DNA from: Eledone cirrhosa
Taxonomy: Eukaryota
Direction of reading: 5' to 3'
Assembly: GCA_964016885.1 (NCBI GenBank)
Contig: OZ024745.1
Coordinates: forward strand, 88,040,001 to 88,104,000
DNA: 64,000 nt
Under the pieces are notes generated by a model, which searched no databases, had not been told where the DNA came from, and was given only the letters and a program-made list of their open reading frames with translations. This document shows positions 14,901 through 28,469 of this stretch, piece by piece. Each line of letters starts with the position of its first letter. Position 1 is the first letter of the stretch. Both the position numbers and the translations under genes were made by a program.

Positions 14901-15405
14901 GAATAATCCAGAGTCGGTGATAGAAAACGATCAGGTGAAGGTGCTATGGGATTTTAGGATACAGACGGACAAAAAATTAGAACCCAATAGGCCTGACCTG
15001 GTGGTTTCTGCCAAGGAAAAAAGATCGTGCCTGATTGTAGATTTAGCCTGCTCATTAGACACGAGAGTGCAAGAAAAGGAGAGGGAGAAAATTAACCGAT
15101 ACCAGGACTTAAAGTGGGAGGTAAAAAGAATCTGGAACTGCCATGAAGTCAGGATCGCCCGATTGTCATAGGCGCACTAGGTACTATCTCAAAGAGTTTC
15201 CAAGGGTGGTTAAAGAAGATTAGTCCAGCCTCGCTTTTTGAACACTTCAAAAGGCATGCTTGCTGGGAACAGCAAGAACCCTCCAATACGTCCTGAATAT
15301 CTGAGGCTGCAGGTAGCGGCTTGATATTCATTTCAAAAATGTTTCCAGTTAAATAACATCAATGACTGAGACTCAAAGAATAACAATAATAATAATAATA
15401 ATAAT
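11925..15405 (+). mobile_element. Dong/R4-clade non-LTR retrotransposon (RT + restriction-like endonuclease), decayed, with (AAT)n tail; 5' boundary uncertain
   Basis: KSPGPDG, NYRPIICL, GIFQRDSLSPLLF, NHLLFMDDLK, YKYLG, CCHC (CRICGE..ETVAHIVAEC), RHD and NRPDLVV..IVDLAC; short 3' UTR then AAT repeats. Confidence 0.88.
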
Positions 15406-15678
15406 GATTTCATTTATTGGTCACAAGGGCCGACATATAGGGGACAATACAGAATACTGGGACAGTGGGGTTTTACAGAAAAATCGAGTAAACAATATGA
15501 ATAACAATAACAAAGTAACAAAGTAACAATAAAGTAACAATAAAATTACAACAAAAAAATTTCCCCAATAGAGGCGATGACCACTCAGGTTTGCTCAGGT
15601 ATCCCACCAATCCTGAACGACCCGACGCTTCGAGAGCACCCTGGAATGGCACCCCCTCTCCTCCTCAAATTTACCTAC

Positions 15679-18600
15679 CTACAGCCGCATGACCAGAGTA
15701 GGCCCACTCACACAGGCCATTCTCGCCACATTCACCCACCTTTCAGCAAATGTACTGGGGTGCAGCACTTCTCTCTCCACCCTCACCTTCCTTTCCAAGT
15801 GAAACTTGAAAAAGTTGATGAGGGATTGGCCGAAGAGAAAAGTGTCTGTCTTCAGTCCTTTCAACCCCGTCCGCCATACAACCTCTTTCGCTACTGCAAC
15901 CAGACAGAGGAAAATTGTCTGCCCTTCTTGGCCAAAAGAAGGCGGCGTGTCTATCTTCACTTTGGACTCGGCCGATAGCCGGATCCGTTCTCCACGCGAC
16001 AACAGCTGCTCAACATAACTCCGCAAGTCAGTAATGCACGGACACTGGACGAGTGCGTGCAGAACGGTTTCGACGCTCTGCGCGCATCTCGGGCAGGTCC
16101 ATCTGACAGCACTTCCGTGTCTGTAGAGTTTATCTCGAACCGGCAGTGCACCCCCCACCCCCACCCCAGGTAACACAATGCCAAGCGAGGGATTTTTGGA
16201 AATTATCCATCGTCTCCGGCTCGAAAGTCCTCCGGTACAGACTGGTTAGTTCGACTTCGTTGACTCCCAGAGTCTCTCCGAGTGCGTTGTCGCACTTGCC
16301 GTCCACTAATCCTCTATAGAACTCGAGAGTGGAAGTTCCACTGACCGCACTGCCCGCCTGGTAGAGGGCAGTGAGTGCTTGGCAACATTGAAGATGCCAG
16401 TCACCCAGTCTCGGTCTCTTCTTGACCCAGGACTGCAGCTCACTCAAAGAAACGAGCTGCGGAAAGGCCCGTCTGACAAATGGCGACCACACCTGTTCAC
16501 CGTTTAGGCAGAATATCTGGAGATGCCGCAGCCTCAGCGCGTGCCTGCGCATCATTAGCCACGGCATGCCCAGCCATCCACGTAGAGGGTGCTGGCAGCA
16601 GATGGACCGCCTCACCAGTGGAACCTGACCATTCCACAAGTATTTGAAGAGGAGCCGCTCCAAGCTGGCGAGGCGCGAACAGGGGCAAGGCACGACGGTC
16701 AGACGGTAGTAGATGACGGACGCGATGTACACGTTCGCCACCTCCGACCGACCTTTCAGTGATAGCTTCATCCCAGCCCATTTCTGGGTGAGACTGGCTA
16801 CCCTGCCCGTTACCTCGTCCCAATTTTTATCCACCTGGAGGTCTGGCCCGAACCAAACCCCTAGCAACTTTAAAGGTCCGTTCGTCCAGCGCCTAACTTG
16901 GACGGCATGGACATGCCTCTCCAGGTGCCGAGTTGCAAGCCCACCGACTTTTCCGGGTTAAGTTTTGCTCCCGTCAACCTTTCATATTCCTCCAATAAGT
17001 TGCCGACCACCTCGATTTCTGTGGTCTCCGCCACCATCACGGTGATGTCGTCCGCATAAGCCGACACAGCCTTTCCGCGTCCCGGTTCGAGCGGGATGCC
17101 CTGCAACAGCTCCAGCTTCCGCAGTAAAGGCTCGAGAGTTAATACGTACAGAAGGAAGGAGAGAGGGCACCCTTGATGGACCGATCGGGAGACCTGAAAC
17201 GGTTCCGAGAGGTGGCCATTAATTTTGACCATCGAGCAGGTGCCGCTGGGCTTTGCAGCGATCCAGCTTCTGAAGACGGGGCCGAAGCCAGCCGCCCTGA
17301 GGACAGCCTCCAAGTACCGATGGTCGACCCTATCGAATGCTTTCGATTGATCTAAATTGATCAGAACCCCACCGAAGCCAGGTTTACACCATACCCTCTC
17401 TATGATGTATCGCATTAGGTGGATGTTGTCGTTTATGGACCTGGTTAGGATTGCGCAAGTTTGCGTCTCCCCAACCAAATCCCCGATGACAAGCGCCAAC
17501 CTCTTCGCTAATACCCTGGCCAAAATCTTAAACTCTGTGTTGAGCTGAGTTATGGGCCTGAAATTGTCTAATGTGTCCCTGTTGTTCTCGTATTTCCTTA
17601 TCAGCGTCACTACGCCCCGGCTCACAGAACTGGGAATACTCCCGTTTTGCTGCCAGTTGCAGTAGAGGGCTTCGAGGAGATTAGAGAACAAGTCTGGCAT
17701 ATTTACGTAAAGCTCGTAGGGCAGACCCTCCAAACCGGGTGTCTTGCGCCTCATGCAGCCGCCAAGGGCATCCTGAATCTCGACCGAAGTAATTGGCCTT
17801 TGGCAGCGCCCAGCATCAGCCGTCGAGAGTTGCGGCAAGCCATTGAGGTAGGGACTGAAGTCCGCCACCATCTCTGACCCGCCATTTCCCCCGAACAACC
17901 GAGCAAAATGTTGGCGAAAGGCCTCACACATCTTCTTGGAATCGCTCAGCTCGTGCCCGTCTCGGTCCGTCAAAGACCCAATCGTGGTTTTATTACCACG
18001 CTGCGCTTCTGCCACGCGGGCCCTTCGAACAGCTTTGGTTCCCTCGTTTCTGAGAGCATGCGTCTTCGCTCTGACAATGCAACCTTCGTGTTTCGCATTG
18101 AAGAAATGGTCTAATGCCATTCTCGCCGCTAGCACGTCAGTTGCAATGCGTCTTATCTAGGTCAACCATACAGATCACAAACTTGTGATCTAAATAGGCG
18201 ACCGTTTCAAAACGTGGACAGCTTACACTATTTCTGTATATTTTCCTAATGAATATCCTGTCTATATACGATCTAGATGACCCTATGCGGTTAGCCCAGG
18301 TCCACACTGGCGTATTAGGGAAATCTAGTCGGTACCTGTCAGACAGTTGGAACTGGCTGATCAGGTTCTTGAGGCTTTGGCACCCCCCGCTCCTATCGGA
18401 TACTCCCACACAGTCCCAGCGGGCGTCTAAGATACCGTTCCAGTTCCCCGCTAACAATAAAGGGCGAGACGAACCCAGAAAGTCCGGCCGTCCTGCCCCA
18501 GTAGGATCATAGACGGTCACCAGTCTAAAGGCACCACCTTCGTTATCGTTCACGTCCAGGACCACCAACTTCCCGTCCGGGTCCCGGAAGATCGACCTTA

Positions 18601-18843
18601 CCTCGAGATCCAGGCCTTTCCTAAACAGCACTGCCACCCCGACCCCCATTCCCGGCCGGCTAACAGATGAAAGGATCTGATAGTCGTCGAAAATGGGGGC
18701 TAGTGCGCGCGTGTCGGAAAACCTGACCTGCTGACGGCAATTACATCCATTTCTCGAGACCTGAGGTTGTCGAGCAGGTGACCCTGTTTCCAGGACGATC
18801 CCAGTCCTCGAACATTTCAACATCCTACTCTTAATACGGCCAT
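15679..18843 (-). pseudogene. Tx1 ORF2 (APE endonuclease, RT, C-terminal CCHC)
   Basis: LDQSKAFDRV, HQGCPLS, AYADDI, LGVWF, CPRCAQSVETVLHALVQC; frameshifts and a ~240 bp deletion relative to copy 1. Confidence 0.92.
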
Positions 18844-18874
18844 GTTGGCAGGTTAAAAAGAGAGAGAGGAAGGT

Positions 18875-20806
18875 TTACTTACCTTCTGGGCTCTTGTGAA
18901 GGTCGGGTTGTTCGACCTCCATAGTTGGTGGGGTATCTTTTGGGAACCCCTTTAAAAGTCTTGAAGTGGGTTCCGAGGAAAGCTGTCTCGTATTTCTTTG
19001 AATATATCGAGCAACATTCGCACCAGAACCAAATCTTCCGGCACGCGAAATGTGCTCGATTTAAAAATTTCCCCCTCTTTTTGTATATTTTCACTTCGTG
19101 CTACGAGTGCCATCAGTTCCTTGTTGGCCCCTCTGACGAGCACGAAGTTTTGTATGTTTTGTTGGTGTGATTTTATTTGTTTGCGTGGCTGTGGTGGTGA
19201 TGGTTTTTGGTGGTGTTGTTTCGGTTGTATCTGTGTTTGTTGTGAGTGGTTTCAGATGTTTGTGTGTATATTTGTACTTGCGTCTGTTTAGGTTGTTTGC
19301 GTTTGGGGCATTCTGGTGATGGTGATGGTGGTTTTGATGTTGGTGTTATTGGAGAGATGTTTGCGTGGGTGGTGTCTGCGTTTTTTATTGTGGGTGATTT
19401 TGTGCTTTGTTGAGTTTTTTTTTCTTTTTGTGTTTCCTTTTTTGTATTTTGGTGGATTTTGGTTTTCCTTCATTTTCACTACTGGTAGATGATGGGTCTG
19501 TGTCTGTAAGTGTGTCTGTATGTATGTTTATGGTTTTATTGGTGTGTGTATTTTTGGGGTGAGGGAGAATTTGACAGCTTTCCTCGTTTCCCCCATGGGT
19601 GGTCAATGTTGGTGGTGGTCTTTCTATTGGTGTTGTTGTTGGTGGTTTTGCCGGTGCTGGTGTTGGTTGTGGTCCTCACCCCGGCGTGGGCAGCAGTGGA
19701 GCCTTTCGACCCCTTGCCTCTTTCAGCAGTTGAGGGCAGAAGGCTCGCAAATGGGTTTTTTCCCCACAAACAAAACACTGCGGCCTTTTACCTTCAGTCA
19801 TAATGTGAATGACTGTCCCATTCTGAAGGCGGATGTGGTTCGGGATTGTCTTCACATTCCCGGGCCTGATCTGGAGAAGGATCTCCAGGTCAACCCCGGA
19901 CCAGTCCTCTCTGGCCGTTCTGGTTACTTCTATAGGGACGGTATCCGTCCCCTCCACAATCACACATCCCAGAAGCCACCACATCTCAAGTCCTGGTGGG
20001 ATTCTGGGAATGCGGAGACGGGCCATTCTTTTTCCCATGTGGCTGGTTTTGCAAGGAGTCATAGCCTCTCTCATAGCGTGGGCCTCTGACTTGAACAACA
20101 CCGAAATGGTGCCGTACTGTCTGCCCCTCTCTATGTATTCAGTGTCTTCTCTGATGTACCTCAGCGCGATTTCGACATCTTCTTGTGGGATTAAAGCTGC
20201 TCTTTTGGTTTGTGCTGAGATGCATCTATAATGCACCGTTCTGCGCTTCACGGCCTCAATAGCTTCTACCGGGACAGTTAAGTCGGCTCAGGTTTGCTCT
20301 TGCTTGATGAGCTTCCATGCCTGGGCCAACTTTACATATTTGTTTCAGAGGTCCATGTTGAAGCATGGCCACATTTTTGCTGCTGCCGCAGCGAAAGTGT
20401 TCTTCTTGTTTTCGTTGGGGGTGTTGTGGTCGTTGTCGTTGTTCTTGTTGGTGTTGTTGTTAGCACTGTCGCTGTTATCATTGTTGTCTTTGTTGCCACT
20501 GTTGTTCTCGGTGCAGTTGGTATTGTTTCTGTTGGTGTTGTCGCTATTTGTTTTCATGTTAGTGGTGTTGATATTGTTGTTGTATTTGTTATTTTTTTTT
20601 TGTTATCTGTATTTTCGTTGTCGCTGTTACTGTCATTTTTTTTCACAATTAGAGTTCTCATTGGTATCACTGGTGTCTTTGTTTACCTTGTTTGTGGTGG
20701 TGTTCGTGTTATCAATTTGTGTTAATTTCGCTGTAGCGCTCCTCTCAACTTCCACGTCGTTGTCGCACGCCAGCAGACATATGGCTGGGGGGCGTGGCTC
20801 AGCCAT
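18875..20806 (-). pseudogene. Tx1 ORF1 (gag-like, zinc knuckle, N/T/K-rich low-complexity flanks)
   Basis: CFVCGEKTHLRAFC (CX2CX4HX4C); lies upstream of ORF2; homologous to the copy 1 ORF1 fragments. Confidence 0.8.
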
Positions 20807-21013
20807 GTTTTCTTTTCTCCGTAAATTTTTTAACATGTAAAAAAGGTTCAAATATTTGGGCCAAATGGCCCAAATATTATACTTTGCCCTTCACGGGGCA
20901 AAGTCTAAGGGCTTATATCCCTTACACAACAAGAAATATTTAACAACAAATAATTTTAACAGGCAAATAAAGCGACTTACTGGGAGCGAGCCAAAAATAC
21001 GTCCGAACAGACC

Positions 21014-21066
<53 letters not shown>

Positions 21067-21080
21067 TAATAATAATAATA
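21014..21080. repeat. (AAT)n microsatellite
   Basis: Read directly. Confidence 0.95.
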
Positions 21081-23361
21081 AACATGGACGAGGTGCCAAA
21101 TGTTCATTACGATTATATCTGTGTGTGTATGTTTGTACGTATGACTAAATACATGCATACATACATATCTGTGTTTGCATTTATACTTCTATTTATACAG
21201 AAATAGCGATATAAACTTACAGGTGTTGAGTAAAATAGAATATATGCTTTCCTGTGATTTAATAAATATATACCTAGGACACGAAATACCTAACACATTG
21301 TTGAGATAAAATGGTTTTTCTGAATGCATCTGATATAAGTAGTATTAGTTGAAAGTATTTAATTTCAGCAACATTTCCTACACCAATTCTTGCATATATA
21401 GGAAATTATCTCAGTGTGTATGGAACTATATCATTTTTGGAAAAAAAACATGATAGTCTTTGTTATATTTGGGGATGGTCATGTTGTCAATATTGGCGTG
21501 AGAAAGAAACACATGCACTATATAATTTTCACTTTAACTTTATCTTTATTGTTAGTTATTCATATTTACGTCAAAGTTCTTTCGTTACACTTTCTACGAC
21601 CTCTTCAATTATGATCTATTGTGTGCCTCCTCTTTTTCATGGGCTTAATCTTCTCCATCTTGTCTTTATCCATGTTTGCAATATGAAGAATGGCTGCAGA
21701 ATAGTTAAAAAATTTGCTTCATACTCATCACATTCTGGATGAAATCCCACTTCACTTCATCTCAGACAGGTGTTTTTTCTTACCCTGGCTTCAGGTTGAT
21801 TTAAGTCTTGGTATCGAATGAACTGAAACTGTTTGGACTGCGCTTGGAATTTGAAGAGCAGTCTTTGCTACATACGATGACCCTGAATCTTGCTGAGAAT
21901 TACCTATAAATCATATATGTACATGGATTACTCAGCCGCCTACAGGTTAATTCAATGAGTAGGAAGTTCTAGAAATCGAATGTTATTGGAATATTTAACG
22001 TCGAAATTTACGGAGTTCCATTTACGATGGTCACATTCGAGCTCAGTACATCAATGTAAATTACGAACACTCATTAGTTATACAGTGTTCTAGCCGGATT
22101 ATTTATAGCTAGATATATGTAGCCAATAAAAGGAAGTAGCTTTGGTATATATTTCTAATGATAGGCATTGTCATAGAGAGGAGAGATGATCTATACATTT
22201 GTTCTACAGCCTATTGTTAGTGGTAATATACAGGAAACTAATGATATGTTGGCTTTTAGCCCAATACTCCAAGGAATCAATCTATAAACCAACGGCAATG
22301 ATCTAAACAGAACATTATCGCGTCTGTGTTGATTACATTTACAGAATTAAAATATTTACATACAAACAAATCTTGTGGTTCAGTAAGGTATGTCTAAATT
22401 ATTTCCGGTTGGTATTATGGTATAGTCCTATGATCAAAGGTATTACTGCTGTGGTCCTCATGCTTCTTCACTGACAGTTTATCTCAAATCCTTATCATTT
22501 ATGACCAAATATGCTCTTTTTATTTGAAAGACATTTATGTGTGTTCTAGCGAGTACCATATAGAGGCATCTTAAGTGGCTCTTATCACACCCAGTAATCT
22601 ATACTATGTTCAATTATACTGATTATATATACACTGTTCAAGTATGTATTTATAAGTATTGATTTCTTAGGATTGTCTTAACCCCACATAGGATAAATCG
22701 AATTCATAGAAGGTTATTTAAACAGAGAAAGCATTTTCGTAATTCCCGGAACGAGAATCTGTCGCCTTGGTTAACACTACACCCACATGGTCCTTGAATG
22801 TATTTAGTAGAATGCACTTAGTTAGGGGTAAAGTTACTTTCTTCGTCTCACCAGTCCCAAAAGCCAAGAAAAATAAATGGGTCATTCATGCTACTCTTCT
22901 CTCCTTTGTTAAACTTTAAAAGAGAGTATGGTGAACTAAAATAAAATACATACAATTGTTTTCTCTTCTACAAATATTGGTATTTATTATCGAATATAGA
23001 TATGAATTTGAAGGTGGGGTGGCATTAATCGTAGTGTTGGCTTACAAATATAATATTTCCTTCATTATGTGAATAACCTATGATCAGAAATCGATTTAGC
23101 ATTGGGAAATGAAAGCACCATTCACCTGTCTTACCAGACAATTGAAAAGGTTAGCTGACTTGCAATAATTATTGCCGTTCTTTAATATCCAATGATCAAA
23201 ATAAATATTTCAATGATATTCCAAAATGTATTACAATGCACGCCCGCAAATACTTTACACACAGCCATAAACACACACACACATACACGCACATACACAC
23301 GCAAACACACACACACACACGCATACACACGCACACACACGCGCACATACTCACACACACA

Positions 23362-23960
23362 TGGTGCTACTGGTAACATGTATCCCAGTACAACCTGTCT
23401 CATGGTCGGGTTGTTGGCGACTAAACTGGCAACCCCACCAAGGTTTCTTGGTGAGGAGGGTGACTTTGGACAACCTGGAGGACTAAAAACAAAACCCGTC
23501 AAAGGGCAAAGAGCTCGTAAGAGTCAATGGCCATCCAAAATCATCACCGGGAGAGATGACCCCTTAGCCTTTGTCAAGGCAGAATTCTAGGAGAAGAAAA
23601 ACTCTGATATAACACCTGCATCCCTGATGGTATCCAATGATGTTGACTTGTTCTTCTTTTTGGTAAATATCAACTTGGTTTAAGAGAGTGGGACTGGTTT
23701 TGTGCAGTGCCTTTGCTCACTATAAAAGCTTCACGGCACAGGCATTGCTTTATATCTGGAGAACTCTCTGGACTTGTCGTCACATGGTACCATGGGCCCA
23801 GCAGTATATGTCAATAATTGTCACAAGTGTAGTGTTTGTAACAGAGTTTTCAAGTCGCTGGCTGGACTAAAAAGTCACACTCGTTTAGCGCATCGGTAGG
23901 AGTTCTCTTACATGGATATAAAGTAGTGGCCGTACTCGAAAACGAGTTGGCAGCCACCAT
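23362..23960 (+). mobile_element. Non-autonomous, internally deleted RTE derivative (~600 bp)
   Basis: RTE-type 5' UTR words (GGCGACTAAACTGGCAACCCC, CTAGGAGAAGAAAAACTCTGA); 3' end encodes a C2H2-like C-terminus (CSVCNRVFKSLAGLKSHTRLAH*); second copy at 38888-39300. Confidence 0.7.
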
Positions 23961-24568
23961 GTTTGTATATATGTATGTATGATTATATGTACTCTTTTTC
24001 TCTTAACTTTGAGTTTATTCTTAACCGATCACCTTCCCGGTAGCAAGGTTAGAAAGAAAAGGAAATTGTTGTCGTCTCTTGTGTAAGCGTTCATTCTATC
24101 TTAGCATCGTCAGAATAATTTACAAATTTAGAAGGTTCCACATATCACGGTATTTGTAGTTTATGAATTAAAGATCTACGTTCTTTCCCCACAAATCCAC
24201 GTTCAGTTATACTTTGGTTCAGTGTGATATAAGAATTTTTTCGTGTAACTGTATTCACATATATGCGGCTATAAGATCGCCTGTTAAGTAATTTCTATTT
24301 CACTCTTCCCTGCTCTTTCAAATGATGTGATTGTTATATATCCGAACCAACGTATTTCTATAAAATGTTATTCGTTACTTCTGTCTCTTTGAAGTTTAAT
24401 AATACCACTTATTTTTATATGAAACAAATAATTGAATTCTCGATAAAACATTTTAGAAATAATTATATCTGTGTTCTACAGATATAAATCACATCAGTTT
24501 CTGATGTACTCCCGCAATAGTGGAAACATTGTTTCTTTACTAAACCTTAATAACTCTCACACACACAA

Positions 24569-24601
<33 letters not shown>

Positions 24602-24603
<2 letters not shown>

Positions 24604-24670
24604 CAGGGTGTCCCAAAAATGTATAGACTCTTTAATAGCATTCTAATCAAAGCATGTATACATTTTTGTA
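24602..24670. mobile_element. Tiny Tc1/mariner-type TIR remnant
   Basis: TA|CAGGGTGTCCCAAAAATGTATA with partial inverted copy TATACATTTTTG. Confidence 0.45.
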
Positions 24671-24806
24671 TATATATATAAAGTATATATATAAATTATA
24701 TATATACAAAGTATATATTATTTTGCCAGGTGGTGCTATTAAGTTAGACATGGCCCGGGCCAATACTAGCCGAAAGCTATCAAAGTTATTAAATTTATAT
24801 ATATAC

Positions 24807-24963
24807 ATGGACACACTGTAAGAGGAAGACCAAGGTTAACGTATGTTGATGCCCTAAGGACAGACACTGGTCTGTTGGAGACGCAGGACATGGCAGCGAT
24901 AATGAGGGACAGAGACCGCTGGAGAGAACTCGTCCATGGATCTCGGGAATTTTACCCGCCTTA
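24807..24963 (+). mobile_element. 5'-truncated 157-bp 3' end of the RTE-group LINE, set in TA repeats
   Basis: About 4 mismatches versus 42806-42963; ends at the TAG stop followed by (AT)n. Confidence 0.92.
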
Positions 24964-25035
24964 GATATATATATATAATATAAGATCTTATATTATATAT
25001 ATATATATATAATATAAGATCAAAATAGTTCCAAG

Positions 25036-25106
25036 TATTTTATTATGCGCATTTCAAAAACAAATATCATCATGGGATGATATCTGCGTTCTCATCAGAT
25101 AAAATA
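25036..25106 (-). ncRNA. Minimal type I hammerhead ribozyme (family A)
   Basis: tattttat CTGATGA [stem II atatcatc/gatgatat] GAAA t-gcgc-a TA ataaaata. Confidence 0.8.
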
Positions 25107-25731
25107 GGGATACATGATATGAAGCTTAAAAAACACTTGTGAATAGTGAAGTTTTAAATCAACATATGAAAAAATAATTTAAGAACGATGTATGAGATTG
25201 GGAAAAAGTGAGGGGGTGGTGGAAAAGGTAAGGAAGAGGAGGAGATGAGAGTAAAGAATGATGAGGGAGGAGTATAAGAAGGAAGGAGGAGAGAGGAGGA
25301 GAGATGGGTGATAGAGAGAGAGAGATAGCCTTTACAACTGAGAAAAAAATATATATTGTCTCACAGAGAGAAGTTAAAAAGCCGTTGGAAGATAATAGAT
25401 AATTTAAAAGAATTTGAAATTAAAAGATAATGAGGTTTATGCATGAAGAGAAAAAGGAATTAAGAATAATATTAAATTAAGGTTTGTATATTGAAGGGTT
25501 TAATAATATGTGCGAGGAAAAGAAATTATTAATATATATTATTAAAATAAAAATATTAATGTTATTAAGGATATAATGTGAAAAGAAGGAGAAGAATGAA
25601 TGAGTTATGATTTAAGAGGAATTAGTTAGGGTTTAAATCTGTTTTTAATATGTTTTAAATATTTAAATATGTTTTTAATATTTTCAACTGTGCCAGTTGA
25701 AAATTGCAAACTTGACTGTCACCATAGAATA

Positions 25732-25770
25732 TGAACCTGAAGATTGCGAAAGCATGAAAGTACTTGTTCA
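25732..25770 (+). ncRNA. Minimal type I hammerhead ribozyme (family B)
   Basis: tgaac CTGAAGA t-tgc-gaaa-gca-t GAAA gtac TT gttca. Confidence 0.75.
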
Positions 25771-25934
25771 ATTAACACTTAACATTTAATATTCTACCAT
25801 ACTATTTCATTCTAATACCATTATACATTTTAAAGGATTGTAAATAAAACGAGTAAATCAGACAAAGTTGGAATTCCTTTTATTAATATAATCTTCTATA
25901 CACAATCATACACACCCATGTATATTTATTTATA

Positions 25935-26021
<87 letters not shown>

Positions 26022-26789
26022 GTGCGTGTGTGTGTATTGAACAATGAAAACAACAAAAAGTGAAGTTAAGTGATTAATTATTTCATTATTTTACAATCGT
26101 TTTAGAGGGTTGATTTGTGTGTGTGTGTGTGTGTGTGCATGTATATATATGTTTACATTCATAACATTCTTAAAGTTACTCATTCTTAAGAGAACGAGTA
26201 TATCTATTAGCGATTGAATGAGATCTTGGTGAATAAACTCTAATATATGTATTGAACAGATTCTTGATGCCTGGTTGTATATATTCATATACATATGTGT
26301 GTAATTATTTGTGTGTATTTGTGTGTATATATTTGTGTGTATGTATTTGTGTGTGCATTACAGTGTGTATAGATTTTTGTACAACAGAAATAGTAAATAT
26401 ACGAGATGTTTTTAGACCCTTTAAAATGTCCATAGAACGAATTACATAGAATTCTAAATAACCTGCATTGATTTTGTGTGCATCACTAAGAACTATTGCT
26501 AAACTACATGAACATGGCTAGATACTCAAGTAAATAACTGAATTTATGTAAACGAACTATCAGTTTGGGGTAAGCAGATTTCTATAATTCTAGAGGTTCT
26601 AAAATATGATATTTTCTTGACATATTGGACTGAGCTTCAAATGTCAGCAAGGAAGATAGTGCTCTAAACCATAATATATAATTCTGTTCTTTGTTGTTGG
26701 CAAATGTTCCTCGATTGTATAGGTTTGCATTTATTGCAAATGTTTCCATTTACATATTTAATGATACTAGGTTTTATATTCTGCAATAA

Positions 26790-26900
26790 GGCAGTGAATT
26801 GGTAGAGTCATTAGAACGTCGGATAGAATGCTTTGCGGTATTCGTTTTAGCTCACTGTTCTCTGAACTGAATTCAAAACATTGTATTTTCATCCATTAGA
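26790..26900 (+). mobile_element. Degenerate tRNA-derived SINE 5' part
   Basis: GGCAGTGAATTGGTAGAGTCATTAG...GAATTCAAA...TTTCATCC resembles the other SINE copies. Confidence 0.5.
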
Positions 26901-26965
26901 GGTCGTTAAAAAGAGGACCAGACTAGAATATATATATATATATACACATACATACATATACACAC

Positions 26966-27050
<85 letters not shown>

Positions 27051-27052
27051 CA

Positions 27053-27186
<134 letters not shown>

Positions 27187-27188
27187 TG

Positions 27189-27261
<73 letters not shown>

Positions 27262-28183
27262 TCATATATGTATAGATCAGCACATGGTAGAGAGTAGTAG
27301 CGTATTTCAATTGTTCTATGTATGCTAGAGTGTGGGTTCAAAATACGGTGGTGGTACTCAGGGCATACTAGTTATATTATCAGTCAAGATATACACACTT
27401 TATCTTGATTGATGGGTTCCTCCATCATCTGGGTAAGTCTATTTTAGAGTAATCCTGTGTCATTAAATCACATAATAGTGACACTAATACAACTTTGTCT
27501 TATATTTGTTTTATTTTTATGGACTCATATTATGGTTTTGCTGATTATAACCAATTTGAATTCATTATTTAGCCAGAATTTAGGTTTTACTATAAACTGC
27601 TCTTATGTTCCATCGGCTTTTACGTGGACTGATGTGTTCCATATAGTCTTCTTTTTTTAACTGTATAGCTAGCTCCACCATTTATATCTCTCATGCATGT
27701 GACTATCTAGAAAAGATTCAACATTTTGCCTACTAACTAATTAGTTGTATCCAATTAATGAGATGAAATATATATTATGTAACTAACAAAAACTATATGT
27801 TTCATCAAGTGAATCACTATCAATTGGGAAGCTGGTAAACGTATCTCAATAAAGCATTTTGAAATCTTCGAAATAAAACTATCGTAGATTTTAAAGAAAG
27901 TTTAGAAAAGTAAGGGATATCTCATATTAGAGATGTTTGTTTACGAGATTGTGTTGTTTTGTGTCAATAAAACAGTAAGTTTCTATTGTTGGGAAATGGG
28001 TCAATATAAATTTATAGATTCGTTTTATGTTAAAATTTAAATGTTTTCTTTTGATGTGCTAATTAATTTCAAAGAGAATAAATATGAAAATTGAAAGATT
28101 TCATGTTTAAACAAGACGTTAATTAGAAGCGCAGATGCGGTATAGCTCTTCAAGTACATCGATTTTGTTTCTAATATATATAT

Positions 28184-28469
28184 ACATGATCAACAATACA
28201 AAAAAGGAGAATTTATTTACAGTCTAATAATTGTTTCTCTGATTAAGTAGTCTATAAATTGCTGAACACTAGAAACAGTGCCACTCAATTTTAAATACGA
28301 TGCTAGCTCAATCGGAACATCAGAGACTCTGATGTTCTGATTGAGCTAACATCGTATTTAAAATTGAGTGGCATTGCTTCTAGTGTTCAGCAAATTTTAG
28401 ACAAGTTAATCAGAGAAACAATTGTTAGACTGTAAATAAATTCTCCTTTTTTTGTACTGCTGACCATGT
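28184..28469. repeat. ~285 bp foldback (arms ~140 bp, 1-nt spacer at 28326) with a hammerhead-like motif (family C)
   Basis: Arms are reverse-complementary; CTGATGT, 9-bp stem II tctgattga/ttaatcaga, GAAA c-aatt-g TT agac, then AATAAA. Confidence 0.88.

Larger units (their letters stand above)
15406..21013 (-). mobile_element. Tx1/L1-clade LINE copy 2, near full length, decayed, flanked by (AAT)n
   Basis: ORF1 plus ORF2; AATAAA on the minus strand at 15413-15418, just before the (ATT)n tail; AAT run resumes at 21014. Confidence 0.92.

Noticed and set aside
21218-21780. Possible Tc1/pogo remnant starting TACAGGTG
   Set aside because: No partner TIR or convincing DDE motifs visible.
24490-24535. 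CTGATGT...GAAAC hammerhead-like words
   Set aside because: No stem I or stem III pairing.
25170-25680. Purine-rich tract as a regulatory element
   Set aside because: Low-complexity sequence with no definable motif.
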